DNA of 64,000 nucleotides from Trichomonas gallinae (Eukaryota), in assembly GCA_008369845.1 (NCBI GenBank), contig MRSU01001922.1:1-64000 (forward strand), in the 5' to 3' direction. Under the pieces are notes generated by a model. It was not told where the DNA came from and did no database searches. It saw nothing but the letters and a program-made list of their open reading frames with translations. How positions within the stretch are numbered: the first letter of the stretch is position 1; the number at the start of each line of letters is the position of its first letter. The translations under genes were made by a program, and so were the position numbers. Below, in pieces: positions 34,754 to 45,550 of this stretch.

Positions 34754-35681
34754 TTATTTATAGATATATTATTGTTTTTTTATATAAAATATAAAGGTTA
34801 ATCATGTATAACTCACACATTACATCACATATTAATTAAAACAACAATCCAACTTAGAAATTAATCAAAACCACGAAAAGATATAAAATAATCGAATCAA
34901 GAAAGCTCTCTCTTATTTTCCGATGCTACAACCTTATAATGTTATAAGCATGAGCGACATTATTTTGAATTAAAATTATTATCAATTTGTTCGTTAAATG
35001 ATGCTTGCTGATCTATTCCTGGTCATACAAGATATTATTTTTAAATCTCAATCATGATTGTGGTAGAATATTTGTTCAATAATATATGAATATCACTTTG
35101 TGTTTAATGAATTCGGATATGTTATAATCTATATAATATGTCTATCATGGACGTAGTTAAACTCATAGTGATTTTATTAGAAAAAATTATATGCTTAAAT
35201 TTCATTGATAATTTAACATCATTGTATGATATGGAAGATATGTTGAGATATAATAATGATAAAGCTGTATTAGAAAATGAAATTTCTAAATATTGGCTGT
35301 TCAAAGTGAATCAATCGATAGTTGGAATGGACAAGTGACATGAAGACTGATTCTTTATTATAATATTTAAAGTTTAAACATTTAAATGATGCAAAATGAA
35401 ATCATTTTTTCAAAAACGTAAATTGTAAAAAGTGACGAATAAAACAAAATCGCGAATATTGAAGAAAAACCATTGATATGTATAATAAAAATCAATAGAC
35501 TATCAAAAGGTCAAACCTCTTTACAAAAAGTGGAGCCCATCGATCAAATGTATGAGTTTTATTTTTTATAATAAAATTTTGAATGCATCATAAAAATCAC
35601 AGTGTGATGGCAATCGAATAAAAGTATGACAATAATTTTTTTACAACAAAATTTTCTTTACTCCTTTTTTAAAAAGTCATA

Positions 35682-38189
35682 ATGGTTGAGAAACACAACA
35701 AAGTGTTTATCACTCAACATTTCCATGCAGTTTTGTTCAGGCGTTGGGTTATGATCAAACGCTCATGGAAAACATTAACCATTTCAAGCTTAGGAACAAT
35801 TATTTTTTCCGCGCTTGCTATTATTGCATATTATCTCATGGTAACACTCATGGTCTCGGACAAGAAGCCATACACATTCAAAACATTTGAATTTGATTCG
35901 CCTTATTACGTTGCTGTCGATCAGTCGAGCAAAGATGCAATGGATATAGTTGTTTATAATAAATTAACAGATATGATGAAGAAAGTTTACCATAATGATA
36001 CAGGAGAAGACATGAAATTGATCCCATTCGATAACTTATCAGCTGCGAATGCTTACATGTATGAAATTGCACCGAATATCACCGATGATATCGAATATAT
36101 CAACTTTGGATTCTCATATAATGGCCGAATTCCAGTCGCATTTCCCGGACTTAGTATTCCATTCCAATTGGAATCATATAATATGACTCTTATGTACAAT
36201 GAAACACAAGCAAGATCACTTCGTATAGCACAAATTAACTTATTCCGTGTTATTTGGAAAATGGTTTTTGGTGAAGATAAGGATTTAGATTTTAGCTACA
36301 TCCGTTTATACCTACAAATCAAGCAGCTTGCATTTGGCCAATTGGGTCCAATGCTTATTGCTGCAGGTCTTTGTTCGATCATTCCTTTGATTATTTCTCA
36401 GCCAATTACAGATATCAACGGTGAAGTCCGTCCATATATGATTTCATGCACATTATCAATCTTGCCATATTGGTTAGCCACATTTTTAATCGATTTCTGC
36501 ATTTGGATTATTGATGTTACTTTTATTTGGATTATTTTCCTCGCTTGCCAGATTCAAGCCTTCATTGACAACGCACTGAGCACATGGTATGGTCTTGTTC
36601 TTGGTGGACCAGCTTTCATTATCTTTTTGTACTGCTTATCATTCCTGTTCTCTTCTGCTGACAGCGCTTCCCGCCAAGCATTCATGATCATGTCCATATT
36701 ATTGCTTGTTCCTATGATTGTCGATATCGTAAGGAATTTCAAAGACCCGCCGATTTGGCTTGATATTGTTTACGGATTCTTCCCACACATCGCTATTCAG
36801 CGAATTTTGACTAATGTTCTCAGTAATATGGGATTTTTGACAAAATCATTGGCCGAATGGTTCAAAGACGAGCATTGCAGGATATATCTAATCATGGAGT
36901 ACACAAACATCGTTTTATACGGCATTATCCTGTGGATCATCGAGTCTGTTCGTCTTTACACGCAAAAGAAACTCGCTCAGCATTCTTTCGGTAACTTCAC
37001 AGAGTTCTTCAAGGACCAGAAGGCGAAGCATCCAGTCACAGATGAAGCCCACCATATGGAGGACTTGGTCAATGACAAGAACAACAAGTTTGCTGTGAGA
37101 ATCCACAACTGCTCAAGACTATTCTTCAACACGGCCGGCGAACCAATCCCAGCCGTAAACTGCGTCTCTCTCGGCGTCAAAGAGGGCTCCTTATTCGGCT
37201 TCCTCGGTGCCAATGGCGCAGGAAAGACAACACTCATTAAGATGATCACTGGCCTTCTTCCACCATCAGACGGAACAATTGAAATCAACGGCGTCGATAC
37301 AGATGAATACTACGACCCAACACTTCTTTCAATTTGCCCTCAATTCAACACACACCTTTGCGATGAAATGACACCCGCAGAGCACTTCAAGCTTTACTCG
37401 TTATTATTCCAGATGACGAAAGAAGAGGCGCAAGAAAGCACAGACAGATTAATCAAACTCCTCGAAATAGAAGAACTCAAAGATAAACCTATCAGAGATC
37501 TTTCATCAGGCGATGTTCGCAAGCTTGCTATTGCTTTATGCTTCCTCGGACCAGCGAAGATTATTTTGCTCGATGAGCCAACAGCTCCACTTGATCCAGT
37601 CGCCAGAAAACACGTACACGAGATGATCATGTCATTTAAGGGAGAAAAAACATTCATGCTTTGCACGCACTTGCTTTCTGAAGCAGAATCTCTTTGCGAC
37701 GAGATTTCTATCATGATCAAAGGCAATGTTTACACTGTTGGCTCCCCACAGTACCTTTCACAGAGATTTGGAACTGAATTCAAGATAGATATATCGTTGA
37801 AAGATGGCTCGCAAGATGACGTCGACAAAGTCAATAAATTCTTCCAGGAGAAGATTCCGCAGGCCGAGCTTAGCATCATGAGACCGCGCGCGAGAATCTA
37901 CTCTGTTCCGGCGTCATCTACAACGCTCAGCGATTTGTTTGACACAATGCAGGAAGGAAAGAACGGCGACAACGGCTTCGACTACTACACCTGCTCTAGC
38001 TCTAGCTTGGAGAGAGTCTTCATGGAGATTGTTCACATGTCTGAGTGCGAAGACCTTGTTGTAGTACAGAAGGATGGCAAGGATTCTAAAGATACTAGGA
38101 GAAGCAGCGCGGCAGGAGAATCTCAGAGCAAACTTTTCAACGTCGATGCATCTGACTCATCAAGTTCAAAGGATCCGCCAACACTCTAA
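35682..38189 (+). CDS. ABCA-family half transporter
   Basis: N-terminal TM, extracellular loop, five more TMs; Walker A GANGAGKTT, Q-loop CPQF, signature LSSGDVRKL, Walker B ILLDEPT, H-loop THLLSEAE, SLERVFM. Confidence 0.93.
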   Translation: MVEKHNKVFITQHFHAVLFRRWVMIKRSWKTLTISSLGTIIFSALAIIAYYLMVTLMVSDKKPYTFKTFEFDSPYYVAVDQSSKDAMDIVVYNKLTDMMKKVYHNDTGEDMKLIPFDNLSAANAYMYEIAPNITDDIEYINFGFSYNGRIPVAFPGLSIPFQLESYNMTLMYNETQARSLRIAQINLFRVIWKMVFGEDKDLDFSYIRLYLQIKQLAFGQLGPMLIAAGLCSIIPLIISQPITDINGEVRPYMISCTLSILPYWLATFLIDFCIWIIDVTFIWIIFLACQIQAFIDNALSTWYGLVLGGPAFIIFLYCLSFLFSSADSASRQAFMIMSILLLVPMIVDIVRNFKDPPIWLDIVYGFFPHIAIQRILTNVLSNMGFLTKSLAEWFKDEHCRIYLIMEYTNIVLYGIILWIIESVRLYTQKKLAQHSFGNFTEFFKDQKAKHPVTDEAHHMEDLVNDKNNKFAVRIHNCSRLFFNTAGEPIPAVNCVSLGVKEGSLFGFLGANGAGKTTLIKMITGLLPPSDGTIEINGVDTDEYYDPTLLSICPQFNTHLCDEMTPAEHFKLYSLLFQMTKEEAQESTDRLIKLLEIEELKDKPIRDLSSGDVRKLAIALCFLGPAKIILLDEPTAPLDPVARKHVHEMIMSFKGEKTFMLCTHLLSEAESLCDEISIMIKGNVYTVGSPQYLSQRFGTEFKIDISLKDGSQDDVDKVNKFFQEKIPQAELSIMRPRARIYSVPASSTTLSDLFDTMQEGKNGDNGFDYYTCSSSSLERVFMEIVHMSECEDLVVVQKDGKDSKDTRRSSAAGESQSKLFNVDASDSSSSKDPPTL

Positions 38190-38835
38190 GATATTTATTA
38201 TTAATCATGTGATAAATATTTTTATTATTATTATTATTTTACTCATAACTCAGAAGCATTCTATTTTAGTGTTAACACCATCCATCGCAAGTATTAACAG
38301 GGAAATGCTCGAAGCTGATATCTCAAAATTTTATTGGATTTTCTTGAACTAGTTGCAAAAATAGATTTAATGAAATTTTCAAAACAGGATCCTACTGCAG
38401 CAGGATCAAGGAACTTTACATATGTATCCTCTATAAAGTACTGTACTTATATATGGAGTTTGAGCCAACTTGATAATATTATAAACTATTTCAATAATTA
38501 CACTAAAAAAACTTGGATTGAACGAGTAATTTTCGAGCTTAATTATACGAGCTTTTTTTATTCTCGTTTGATCAGACTCTAACTAAATTGCAGTAAGAAT
38601 GTCGAAAAGTGGGGTGGGGTACATCTAGTTTTATAAAATGATGGAGTATGGAGTTTTATCACTTTTTGATAATGCTTTTTTTTTGTTATATAGGTGGGTG
38701 TGTTATTTGCATGGAACACTGACAAATGGCAGGAGTTGACATGTAATGTGTCAAACTCAATTAAGGTTAATTGTAAATAGTGCTACCGAGATTAAGGTTA
38801 TGTGTAAACGTGACAAAATTAAGGTTAAGTTAGTA

Positions 38836-41800
38836 ATGACTTCGGAAATTGCTGAGATTAAAGATTTCTTATTTAACTTGTATCAGAAGACCGGGTACCT
38901 GTCAGATGGAGAAATCAAGCAGTCCGTTAAAGTTGCAGAGGCTCATATGAAGGAATTAGATGACCGCAATCCACAAATTAAGCCAAACTTGATTTTGGTT
39001 CCATTTGTACAAGCTATGACGGCAAGTGAACAGCTTTCACTCATTGCGATACAATTTTTCACATTTTTATTTACGAAATTACCGAAATCTTACTGGCCGA
39101 GTACGAAAATCACTTCTAGGATTGTTGCTGTGATTCTTGATGCTCCTGCTATGACGGATCAAGATAGAACAACAGCCTATATTGATCTACTTACAGCGAT
39201 ATTGAGTTCCGCATATTTATTAAAAGTTCAGCAAGTTGATATCGTTTTTCGGATGATATTCTATCTGTTCCATCAATACAACAGCACTTTGGACTCGAAA
39301 ATCTCTTATCAATATAAAAATAAAATTTTGAACGCAGTTAAAAGCATCATTCTTAAAGATACGCAAATAACAACAGTCAATGAAATACCCTCCGCTCAAA
39401 TTTTCGAAATTCTCAAGAACCGTGTTGTAACTGATGATTATTTATTCCCATTTATCAATGAATTCCCTCAAAATACGACGGTTTTACAAGTGCATCTGGC
39501 TATTATTGTCGTTAGTATCGTTTTTACAGCAAATACCGAAAATTCCACAGATAAAATTAGATTAATCGCGTATGAAATACTTTACGCTATTTTACAAGAG
39601 CCATCACTTCTTGTAGAGAATTTCTTCTTCTCTGATGTTGTCCAATCATTGTATTTCAAATATATTCGAACAATGATTTCACATTTCGATTTCTTCTCGG
39701 TTTCGCAGATCGCAAGCTTAATTGATATAATCTACCTCAGATACTGCAAAATTTCCATTTCGATTATTAACGAATTATTTGTTAAATTATTACTACCTTA
39801 TCATGCTTCACATCAGAACACTCGAATTCCAAAAATATTCTGCAACATGATCCAGGATAAGCGAATGTTTATAGATCTCTACAAAAATGATCCAAATAAG
39901 CTTATTTTCAAGTTAATCATCGAAACATTGCTAAAACCAGTTAAGAATCCACCGCATACACCCAAATATAGTCTAATCTGCATCTCAATCATTCTCCATC
40001 GATTATTCGATTATCAACAAATTGATCCTCCGCCAAATTACCTTAAAAGCGACTTATATCAGTACCTGAAGTATGACCCAGTTAATGCGCTTAAAGAATT
40101 TGCAAAACAAGGAACAATTATTGAAGATGATTTAGAATCATTAGCAGATTTCTTATTCAATGATGAAAAGATAGATAGGAACTCAAAATCGCTCATTTTG
40201 CTTTCAAAAGGCTTCAAATTGGCTAAATTTTATGTAGCAAAATTCGATTTTACTAACAAATCGTTTGCTGACTGCTTTATTGAGTTCTTTTCGACAGTAA
40301 GCATGTCAACAAAGCTAACAAGCATCGAATTTTTCATTTACATCTTTGCAAAACATTTTAATTCAACAAATCGATCATTTCCTTCTTTTGAAACAGTTTA
40401 TGAGCTTACTTGGTATTCCCTCATTCTCAACAACAGTCTCAATGATCCTTTAATTAGCAAAACTCTTCCATTAAAAGATTTCACAAATATTATCCGCAAA
40501 ATCGAAGGAGGAAAGGAAATTGACGCAGCTTTAATTGAAGAACTATATGATAAGATCAAAGGAACAGATCAAATAAACTTGATTCGCCATTACGTTTTGT
40601 ATAATAATTCTCAATTCTATGAATTTCGAAAAATGACGCGTGAAACAATGAAGCCTGATAATCCTCAGGCAATCATTGATGATATGTTCTCATCTGTTAA
40701 GGAATCTCTTTATAATTTCTTTTTCGAGAATTTCGAACCTTCACCTTTTCTTAAATACGAGAAAGTATTATTCAATGTAATTGTTGTTATGTATAAATTT
40801 GCATTCAGAACAAATGATGACGCTTTGAGAACAAAAATTTACAAAATCGTCTTCGAAAGTTCGAATATAAGCAGAAAAGAGAGCATCACTGATATAGATT
40901 TGATGTGTTCTCGGCTCCTCTTCGAATTCTGCAATGCTTGTCCTCAGTCTTTCGTTGGTGAATGGAAATCAATTCTTACTGAAGCTTTCGAATATACTCT
41001 CAAGAAAAACGACATGACACCAATCAATAACCTAATTGCGTCCAGCGATAAACTCAATGCTGAGCAGCTCACGGAGTTTATTGACGCATTTTCGAACTTG
41101 ATGAGACGCGATTATTCAGATTCAGCAAAACCATCCATGCTATTCTCTAAATTAGCTGATATTGTGCAAGCGAATACAGAAAGACCTACATTTTTCTTCA
41201 TCAAATTTTATCCTAATATTGCTGCCGCTATATATAACAGAGTAATGTGCAAAAACGTTGAATACGCGAAGCAGGGACTTGAAATGCTCGAAATTGTCTT
41301 CAACATAATTGTTTCAAAGAAAGATTTCCATTTTTACAGATTCCAGTCGACTTTCTTGAATACATATGCTACATTATTCGATAGATTGGATAATAACTCG
41401 CTAAGAGCAATGATTGTCGATGAACTAATTGGAATAATAGAAAAGATTCCTAAAAAGATCAGATATGGATATGAAGTTATATATAATGTTCTAACATCTG
41501 CCTTCGACAAGCAAATAAATGTACCAGGAATCCTTAAATACGCGAAGAATTCTGAAACTATTATAGAAATAGCTTCAGTTCTTTATCACCAATATTTCAG
41601 CTTCCTCGATCACATAACTATGGGTGATATTGAAGAATCTGATGTAATTTCGATTATTGAAGTTTATAGGAGAATAATGTTTAATGTGAAGCCAAAAGCT
41701 TCAGAAGCCTTTATTGCTCTCACCAACAACATAATCAAATGCGTTCAAAGTGAAAAAATCACGCAAAATGCTAAAACTGCTGGACAACAATTAATTATCG

Positions 41801-42156
41801 ATATAATAAAATCGCCAGAGCTTTTAGTCGAAGAATCACGCGTTTTCCTCTTTGGTGATGCTCTTGTTAATCTTTTCAAACAAGAAAATGATTTGATTTC
41901 CGAACTCTTCGAAGGTTTCATTAATAATTCGTCCAATTATACGAATTATGTTAGCAAAATTATAAATGTTATGATCTTATTATGCGGAAAAGATAATTCC
42001 CAACTTTTCCAGCAAATTGTTAAATTTGTTGAAATGAACAAAAATCAAAAAGAAATGATACTTGAGTCAAAGGAGTCTCTTGAATCTCTAATTAAAGAAT
42101 ATGGAGAGAATCAAGAATCAGAAAAATTATCCTCAATTTTAGATCAAATTGTTTAA
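38836..42156 (+). CDS. Large Sec7-domain protein (BIG/GBF-like architecture), catalytic motif degenerate
   Basis: Central Sec7 fold: LADFLF, FDFTNKSF, ETVYELTWYSLILNNSLNDP, KDFTNIIRKIEGGKEID...EELYDKIK; HDS-like GEWKSIL, FYRFQSTFL, IRYGYEVIYNVL. Probable ATG 38836 (the upstream part of the ORF overlaps promoter repeats). Confidence 0.8.
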   Translation: MTSEIAEIKDFLFNLYQKTGYLSDGEIKQSVKVAEAHMKELDDRNPQIKPNLILVPFVQAMTASEQLSLIAIQFFTFLFTKLPKSYWPSTKITSRIVAVILDAPAMTDQDRTTAYIDLLTAILSSAYLLKVQQVDIVFRMIFYLFHQYNSTLDSKISYQYKNKILNAVKSIILKDTQITTVNEIPSAQIFEILKNRVVTDDYLFPFINEFPQNTTVLQVHLAIIVVSIVFTANTENSTDKIRLIAYEILYAILQEPSLLVENFFFSDVVQSLYFKYIRTMISHFDFFSVSQIASLIDIIYLRYCKISISIINELFVKLLLPYHASHQNTRIPKIFCNMIQDKRMFIDLYKNDPNKLIFKLIIETLLKPVKNPPHTPKYSLICISIILHRLFDYQQIDPPPNYLKSDLYQYLKYDPVNALKEFAKQGTIIEDDLESLADFLFNDEKIDRNSKSLILLSKGFKLAKFYVAKFDFTNKSFADCFIEFFSTVSMSTKLTSIEFFIYIFAKHFNSTNRSFPSFETVYELTWYSLILNNSLNDPLISKTLPLKDFTNIIRKIEGGKEIDAALIEELYDKIKGTDQINLIRHYVLYNNSQFYEFRKMTRETMKPDNPQAIIDDMFSSVKESLYNFFFENFEPSPFLKYEKVLFNVIVVMYKFAFRTNDDALRTKIYKIVFESSNISRKESITDIDLMCSRLLFEFCNACPQSFVGEWKSILTEAFEYTLKKNDMTPINNLIASSDKLNAEQLTEFIDAFSNLMRRDYSDSAKPSMLFSKLADIVQANTERPTFFFIKFYPNIAAAIYNRVMCKNVEYAKQGLEMLEIVFNIIVSKKDFHFYRFQSTFLNTYATLFDRLDNNSLRAMIVDELIGIIEKIPKKIRYGYEVIYNVLTSAFDKQINVPGILKYAKNSETIIEIASVLYHQYFSFLDHITMGDIEESDVISIIEVYRRIMFNVKPKASEAFIALTNNIIKCVQSEKITQNAKTAGQQLIIDIIKSPELLVEESRVFLFGDALVNLFKQENDLISELFEGFINNSSNYTNYVSKIINVMILLCGKDNSQLFQQIVKFVEMNKNQKEMILESKESLESLIKEYGENQESEKLSSILDQIV

Positions 42157-42214
42157 ATGTATAAAGTTTTTTATTCTCTTATTGTTTTACTTATGCAAAA
42201 TATTTTTTAATGAA

Positions 42215-42634
42215 ATCGATGTCAACACAAAAAACAAAGCAGCTTTAATTTGAGCTTCAATAAAGCAACATTATGAAGTTTTTCAAATTCCTTGGAATTG
42301 AAGAATAGCGAAACTGTATTGATTGATTCTTGAAAAAATGATTGTGATGAAAGTTTTCAATTTAATGGTTCCTAAATTTGATGTCAACAATTCATCTTTC
42401 ATTCATCATCACATGATGTTGGAAATTGTCTCTCAACTTGATAAATTTCCAAATGTGGATATCAATGCAAGAGACAATAATGACAATACAGCTTTAATTT
42501 GGGCTTCATTATATGACAATGAAAATAAAAAAAATCTTCATAACATCATTGGAACTAACCCTATTTGCACATTGAATGATTTAAATAATACAGCATTAAT
42601 AATTGCTGCCAGAAATGCTCATTTTGACATGTAA
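42215..42634 (+). pseudogene. Ankyrin-repeat gene relic
   Basis: IDVNTKNKAALI*ASIKQHYEV, then VDINARDNNDNTALIWAS and NNTALIIAARNAHFDM*; internal stop, no proper start. Confidence 0.75.
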
Positions 42635-42678
42635 AGTAAAATATGACGTGTAAATTGCCAAAAATTTTAAACGTCCAT

Positions 42679-43392
42679 ATGATTCCACCTTCAGTCCTGA
42701 GGACAATAATGGAACTCAGGGCTCAGGTTGAGTCCTTAGAAGCAGAAAGAGCTAATTTACAAGACGAAATCAATGGTTTACATAAGAAAGTTAAATTTAA
42801 TAAGAAAGAATTGAAAACTCCTTCGCCAATTGTCAATGTGACGGATGTAATATCGAAAATAAACTTAACCATCGAAAATAACCTAAATGATATAAGAAGA
42901 GCGAAGATAAAAAGGAAAATATTAAAAAGAAAACTAGAAGAAGTCAATAAAGAACTGTCAATTGAGCGGAAATTCGGAACTATAAACGAAAGCGAAATAA
43001 TTACAAATGAAAGACTTGCACAACATTATTATATTCTAATTAAAGAAATGTTTGCAGCTCCACCGTTTCCTGATGAAAATCTAATATATAAGGCAAACTG
43101 GAGAGTTGCAAATGCGCAATCACATCCATTAGATTCTCAATTTCGCGATATTATTGAAAATTTGCATAAATATAGCGATCCTTTCCAAGAACTTGACTTA
43201 GAAACCAAGAAATTTATTGTTAAGCATGCTGTTTATGCACAAAAGGCAATGAAATTACTTGTTAAAGAATTTCAAGAACTGAACAAGCAGGAATCACTTG
43301 GCATTGACGTCACTAATGTAAGGTTTGAAAAAATACAATGTGCAAATGACTTTGCTTATCTAAAACTAGCAATCGATCGCGTTTTTCAATAA
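42679..43392 (+). CDS. Hypothetical coiled-coil protein
   Basis: Heptad-rich ELRAQVESLEAERANLQDEINGL; start at 42679 preferred (ATG 42643 overlaps an upstream motif). Confidence 0.7.
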   Translation: MIPPSVLRTIMELRAQVESLEAERANLQDEINGLHKKVKFNKKELKTPSPIVNVTDVISKINLTIENNLNDIRRAKIKRKILKRKLEEVNKELSIERKFGTINESEIITNERLAQHYYILIKEMFAAPPFPDENLIYKANWRVANAQSHPLDSQFRDIIENLHKYSDPFQELDLETKKFIVKHAVYAQKAMKLLVKEFQELNKQESLGIDVTNVRFEKIQCANDFAYLKLAIDRVFQ

Positions 43393-44075
43393 TATTGTTT
43401 GTTTGTAAATAAATTGTTTGTTTATCAACTTAATTTGTTTTCTCTACTATTGGCTCGATTCATTGGTTTATCTTCTATAAATGATAATAAAAAATCAACA
43501 AAATTCAATGATTTTTGAGAATAATAGCTCCAAAATCATCACAGCACTAAATAATACAAATTTGTTCATATTTACCGAATGAATTAAGTTTCACTCAAAC
43601 CATTTGAGAAAAATACAGAAAGAGAAACTTTTAACTTTATTCTCGAGAGATACATCAATAAATATAAGACTCATGTGATGTAACAATATATATTTCTGTG
43701 CAGTTTCTGATTTACAATACTTTATCAGAAATTTGTTAAATTTTTTGGTATGTGATATAGTTTAGGCTTATTTGTAACTATGAAATTGATATATTCTATT
43801 TATACCTATGAGTGTTAAATTAACTCTTGCCAATATATTTAAAAAAATCAATATCTCTTTCAAACGTTTGTATTTGGAACCTAAAACTTTGAGGATAGAT
43901 ATTAATCAACATAATATGTATGAAGCACATGATAAATTAATCAAAACATCTAAAATCAGACGAAATTTCTGTGAATTTTATACTCGGAATTAAAAATAGC
44001 TGTTTTACATGTAAACACATCCATATTTCGATAAAAACAAGAAAATTTTATTTGAGAATCTTTTCAAATTTTTTG

Positions 44076-44086
44076 TCACTTCACTT
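44076..44086 (+). promoter_or_regulatory. Tandem initiator elements (TCACTTCACTT)
   Basis: Two overlapping TCACTT motifs 6-16 nt upstream of ATG 44092. Confidence 0.7.
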
Positions 44087-44091
44087 ATTTC

Positions 44092-45270
44092 ATGAAATGG
44101 TTATGGGACAACACTACGAAGGTAGGATTCGGGCAGGGTGTCGTTAATGAACACCTCAAAGATTTCCTCCCCAAGAAATCAAAAGTTCTCTGCATTTTCG
44201 GCGGCGGATCAATCGACAAAAATGGTGCGCGTTCTGATGTAAACAAAGCACTCACAGATCTTGAATGCCATTTTAAATGGACTGGTGGCATTGAGCCAAG
44301 TCCAGATTACGACACTTGCATGAGAATTATTTCCGAAGCCCGCGAATTCAAGCCAGATTTACTCTTAGCTGTCGGTGGTGGATCAGTTATTGATGCAACG
44401 AAGTTTATCTCTCTTGCAGCATGTTTAGACCCAAGCATCGATCCATGGGATTTACTGACTAAAAAAGTGGTTCCAATCAAAGCTTTAAGGATTGGAACAG
44501 TCTTAACTCTCCCAGCAACAGGTTCTGAGTGGGACAGTGGATTCGCAATCTCACGAAGAAGGACTTACGAGAAGCTGGCTTTGCTTACACCACTTGTTTT
44601 CCCTTCTTTCTCTCTACTTGACGCGAAGTATGCATTAACTCTTCCTGCGAGGCAGATAAGAAACGGCCTCTATGATGCTATGACTCACTGCATCGATAAG
44701 TTCCTTACTGGCCAAATTATGCCGATGAATGACAATTTTGTGATGAGTGTCATGCGCGAACTTGTTGATATCTCGAAGAATATATTCGAGCAACCTCCTA
44801 ATCTCGAGTTATATGAAAGATTAACTGTTGCTGCTTCATTCGCATTGAATGGAAGCCTCACATTAGGAAAGGAAATCTGCTTGGCAATACACGCAATAGG
44901 AAACGAATTGACTGTCGAATATGGAATAGATCATGGAGCAACGTTAGCAATGATAACAACCCCTTTCCTTCGCCACTTCAAGAAGACAAGAGGATATCTC
45001 ATGGCTAGGTGTGCCGAAAGAGTGTTCGATGTTACAGATGGCAGTGATGAAAAGAAGGCTTACATTTTCATCGAAAAGCTAGAGAAGTGGATTCTCGAAT
45101 TAGGCCATGTTATGACTGTTTCAGAATGGATAGGAAAACCGGTCAATCCAGGAGATTTGGATGTTTTAACTAACCGTGTAACGGGTGCTTTTGATGGAAA
45201 ACCATTTGGTTGGCATGAAGAAGTCACAGAAGAAATTGTTCGCGAAGTATTATCTCACGCAATTAAATAA
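44092..45270 (+). CDS. Iron-containing alcohol dehydrogenase, YqhD/butanol dehydrogenase-like
   Basis: GGGSIDKNG, GGIEPSP, LAVGGGSVIDATK, VLTLPATGSE, DAMTH, H...ELT...GIDHGATL. Confidence 0.93.
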   Translation: MKWLWDNTTKVGFGQGVVNEHLKDFLPKKSKVLCIFGGGSIDKNGARSDVNKALTDLECHFKWTGGIEPSPDYDTCMRIISEAREFKPDLLLAVGGGSVIDATKFISLAACLDPSIDPWDLLTKKVVPIKALRIGTVLTLPATGSEWDSGFAISRRRTYEKLALLTPLVFPSFSLLDAKYALTLPARQIRNGLYDAMTHCIDKFLTGQIMPMNDNFVMSVMRELVDISKNIFEQPPNLELYERLTVAASFALNGSLTLGKEICLAIHAIGNELTVEYGIDHGATLAMITTPFLRHFKKTRGYLMARCAERVFDVTDGSDEKKAYIFIEKLEKWILELGHVMTVSEWIGKPVNPGDLDVLTNRVTGAFDGKPFGWHEEVTEEIVREVLSHAIK

Positions 45271-45379
45271 ATACATGTAAAATATATATTGCACTTGACT
45301 GTATTTATCATTTAAGATATATTTTATGACCAAATTTATTTATCGATATATTTAAAGAATATCTTTTTACTTATGATAT

Positions 45380-45550
45380 TGAATGTAAATCTTAATGCAA
45401 CTGATAATTTGATGATTTAAAGCGCAGAAGGTATACTATGAGATATAATATTAGTGAATAATTTGAAAAACCGTGAAGTCAAAAAAAAATGAGTCACCGC
45501 ATTTATATTTGCTTCATAAAATGATCATCATGAAATTGTTTCTCATATTA
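45380..45550 (+). pseudogene. Ankyrin-repeat relic
   Basis: NVNLNATDN ... *VTAFIFAS*NDHHEIVSHI, matching GxTALxxASxNGHxEIV with stops. Confidence 0.55.
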
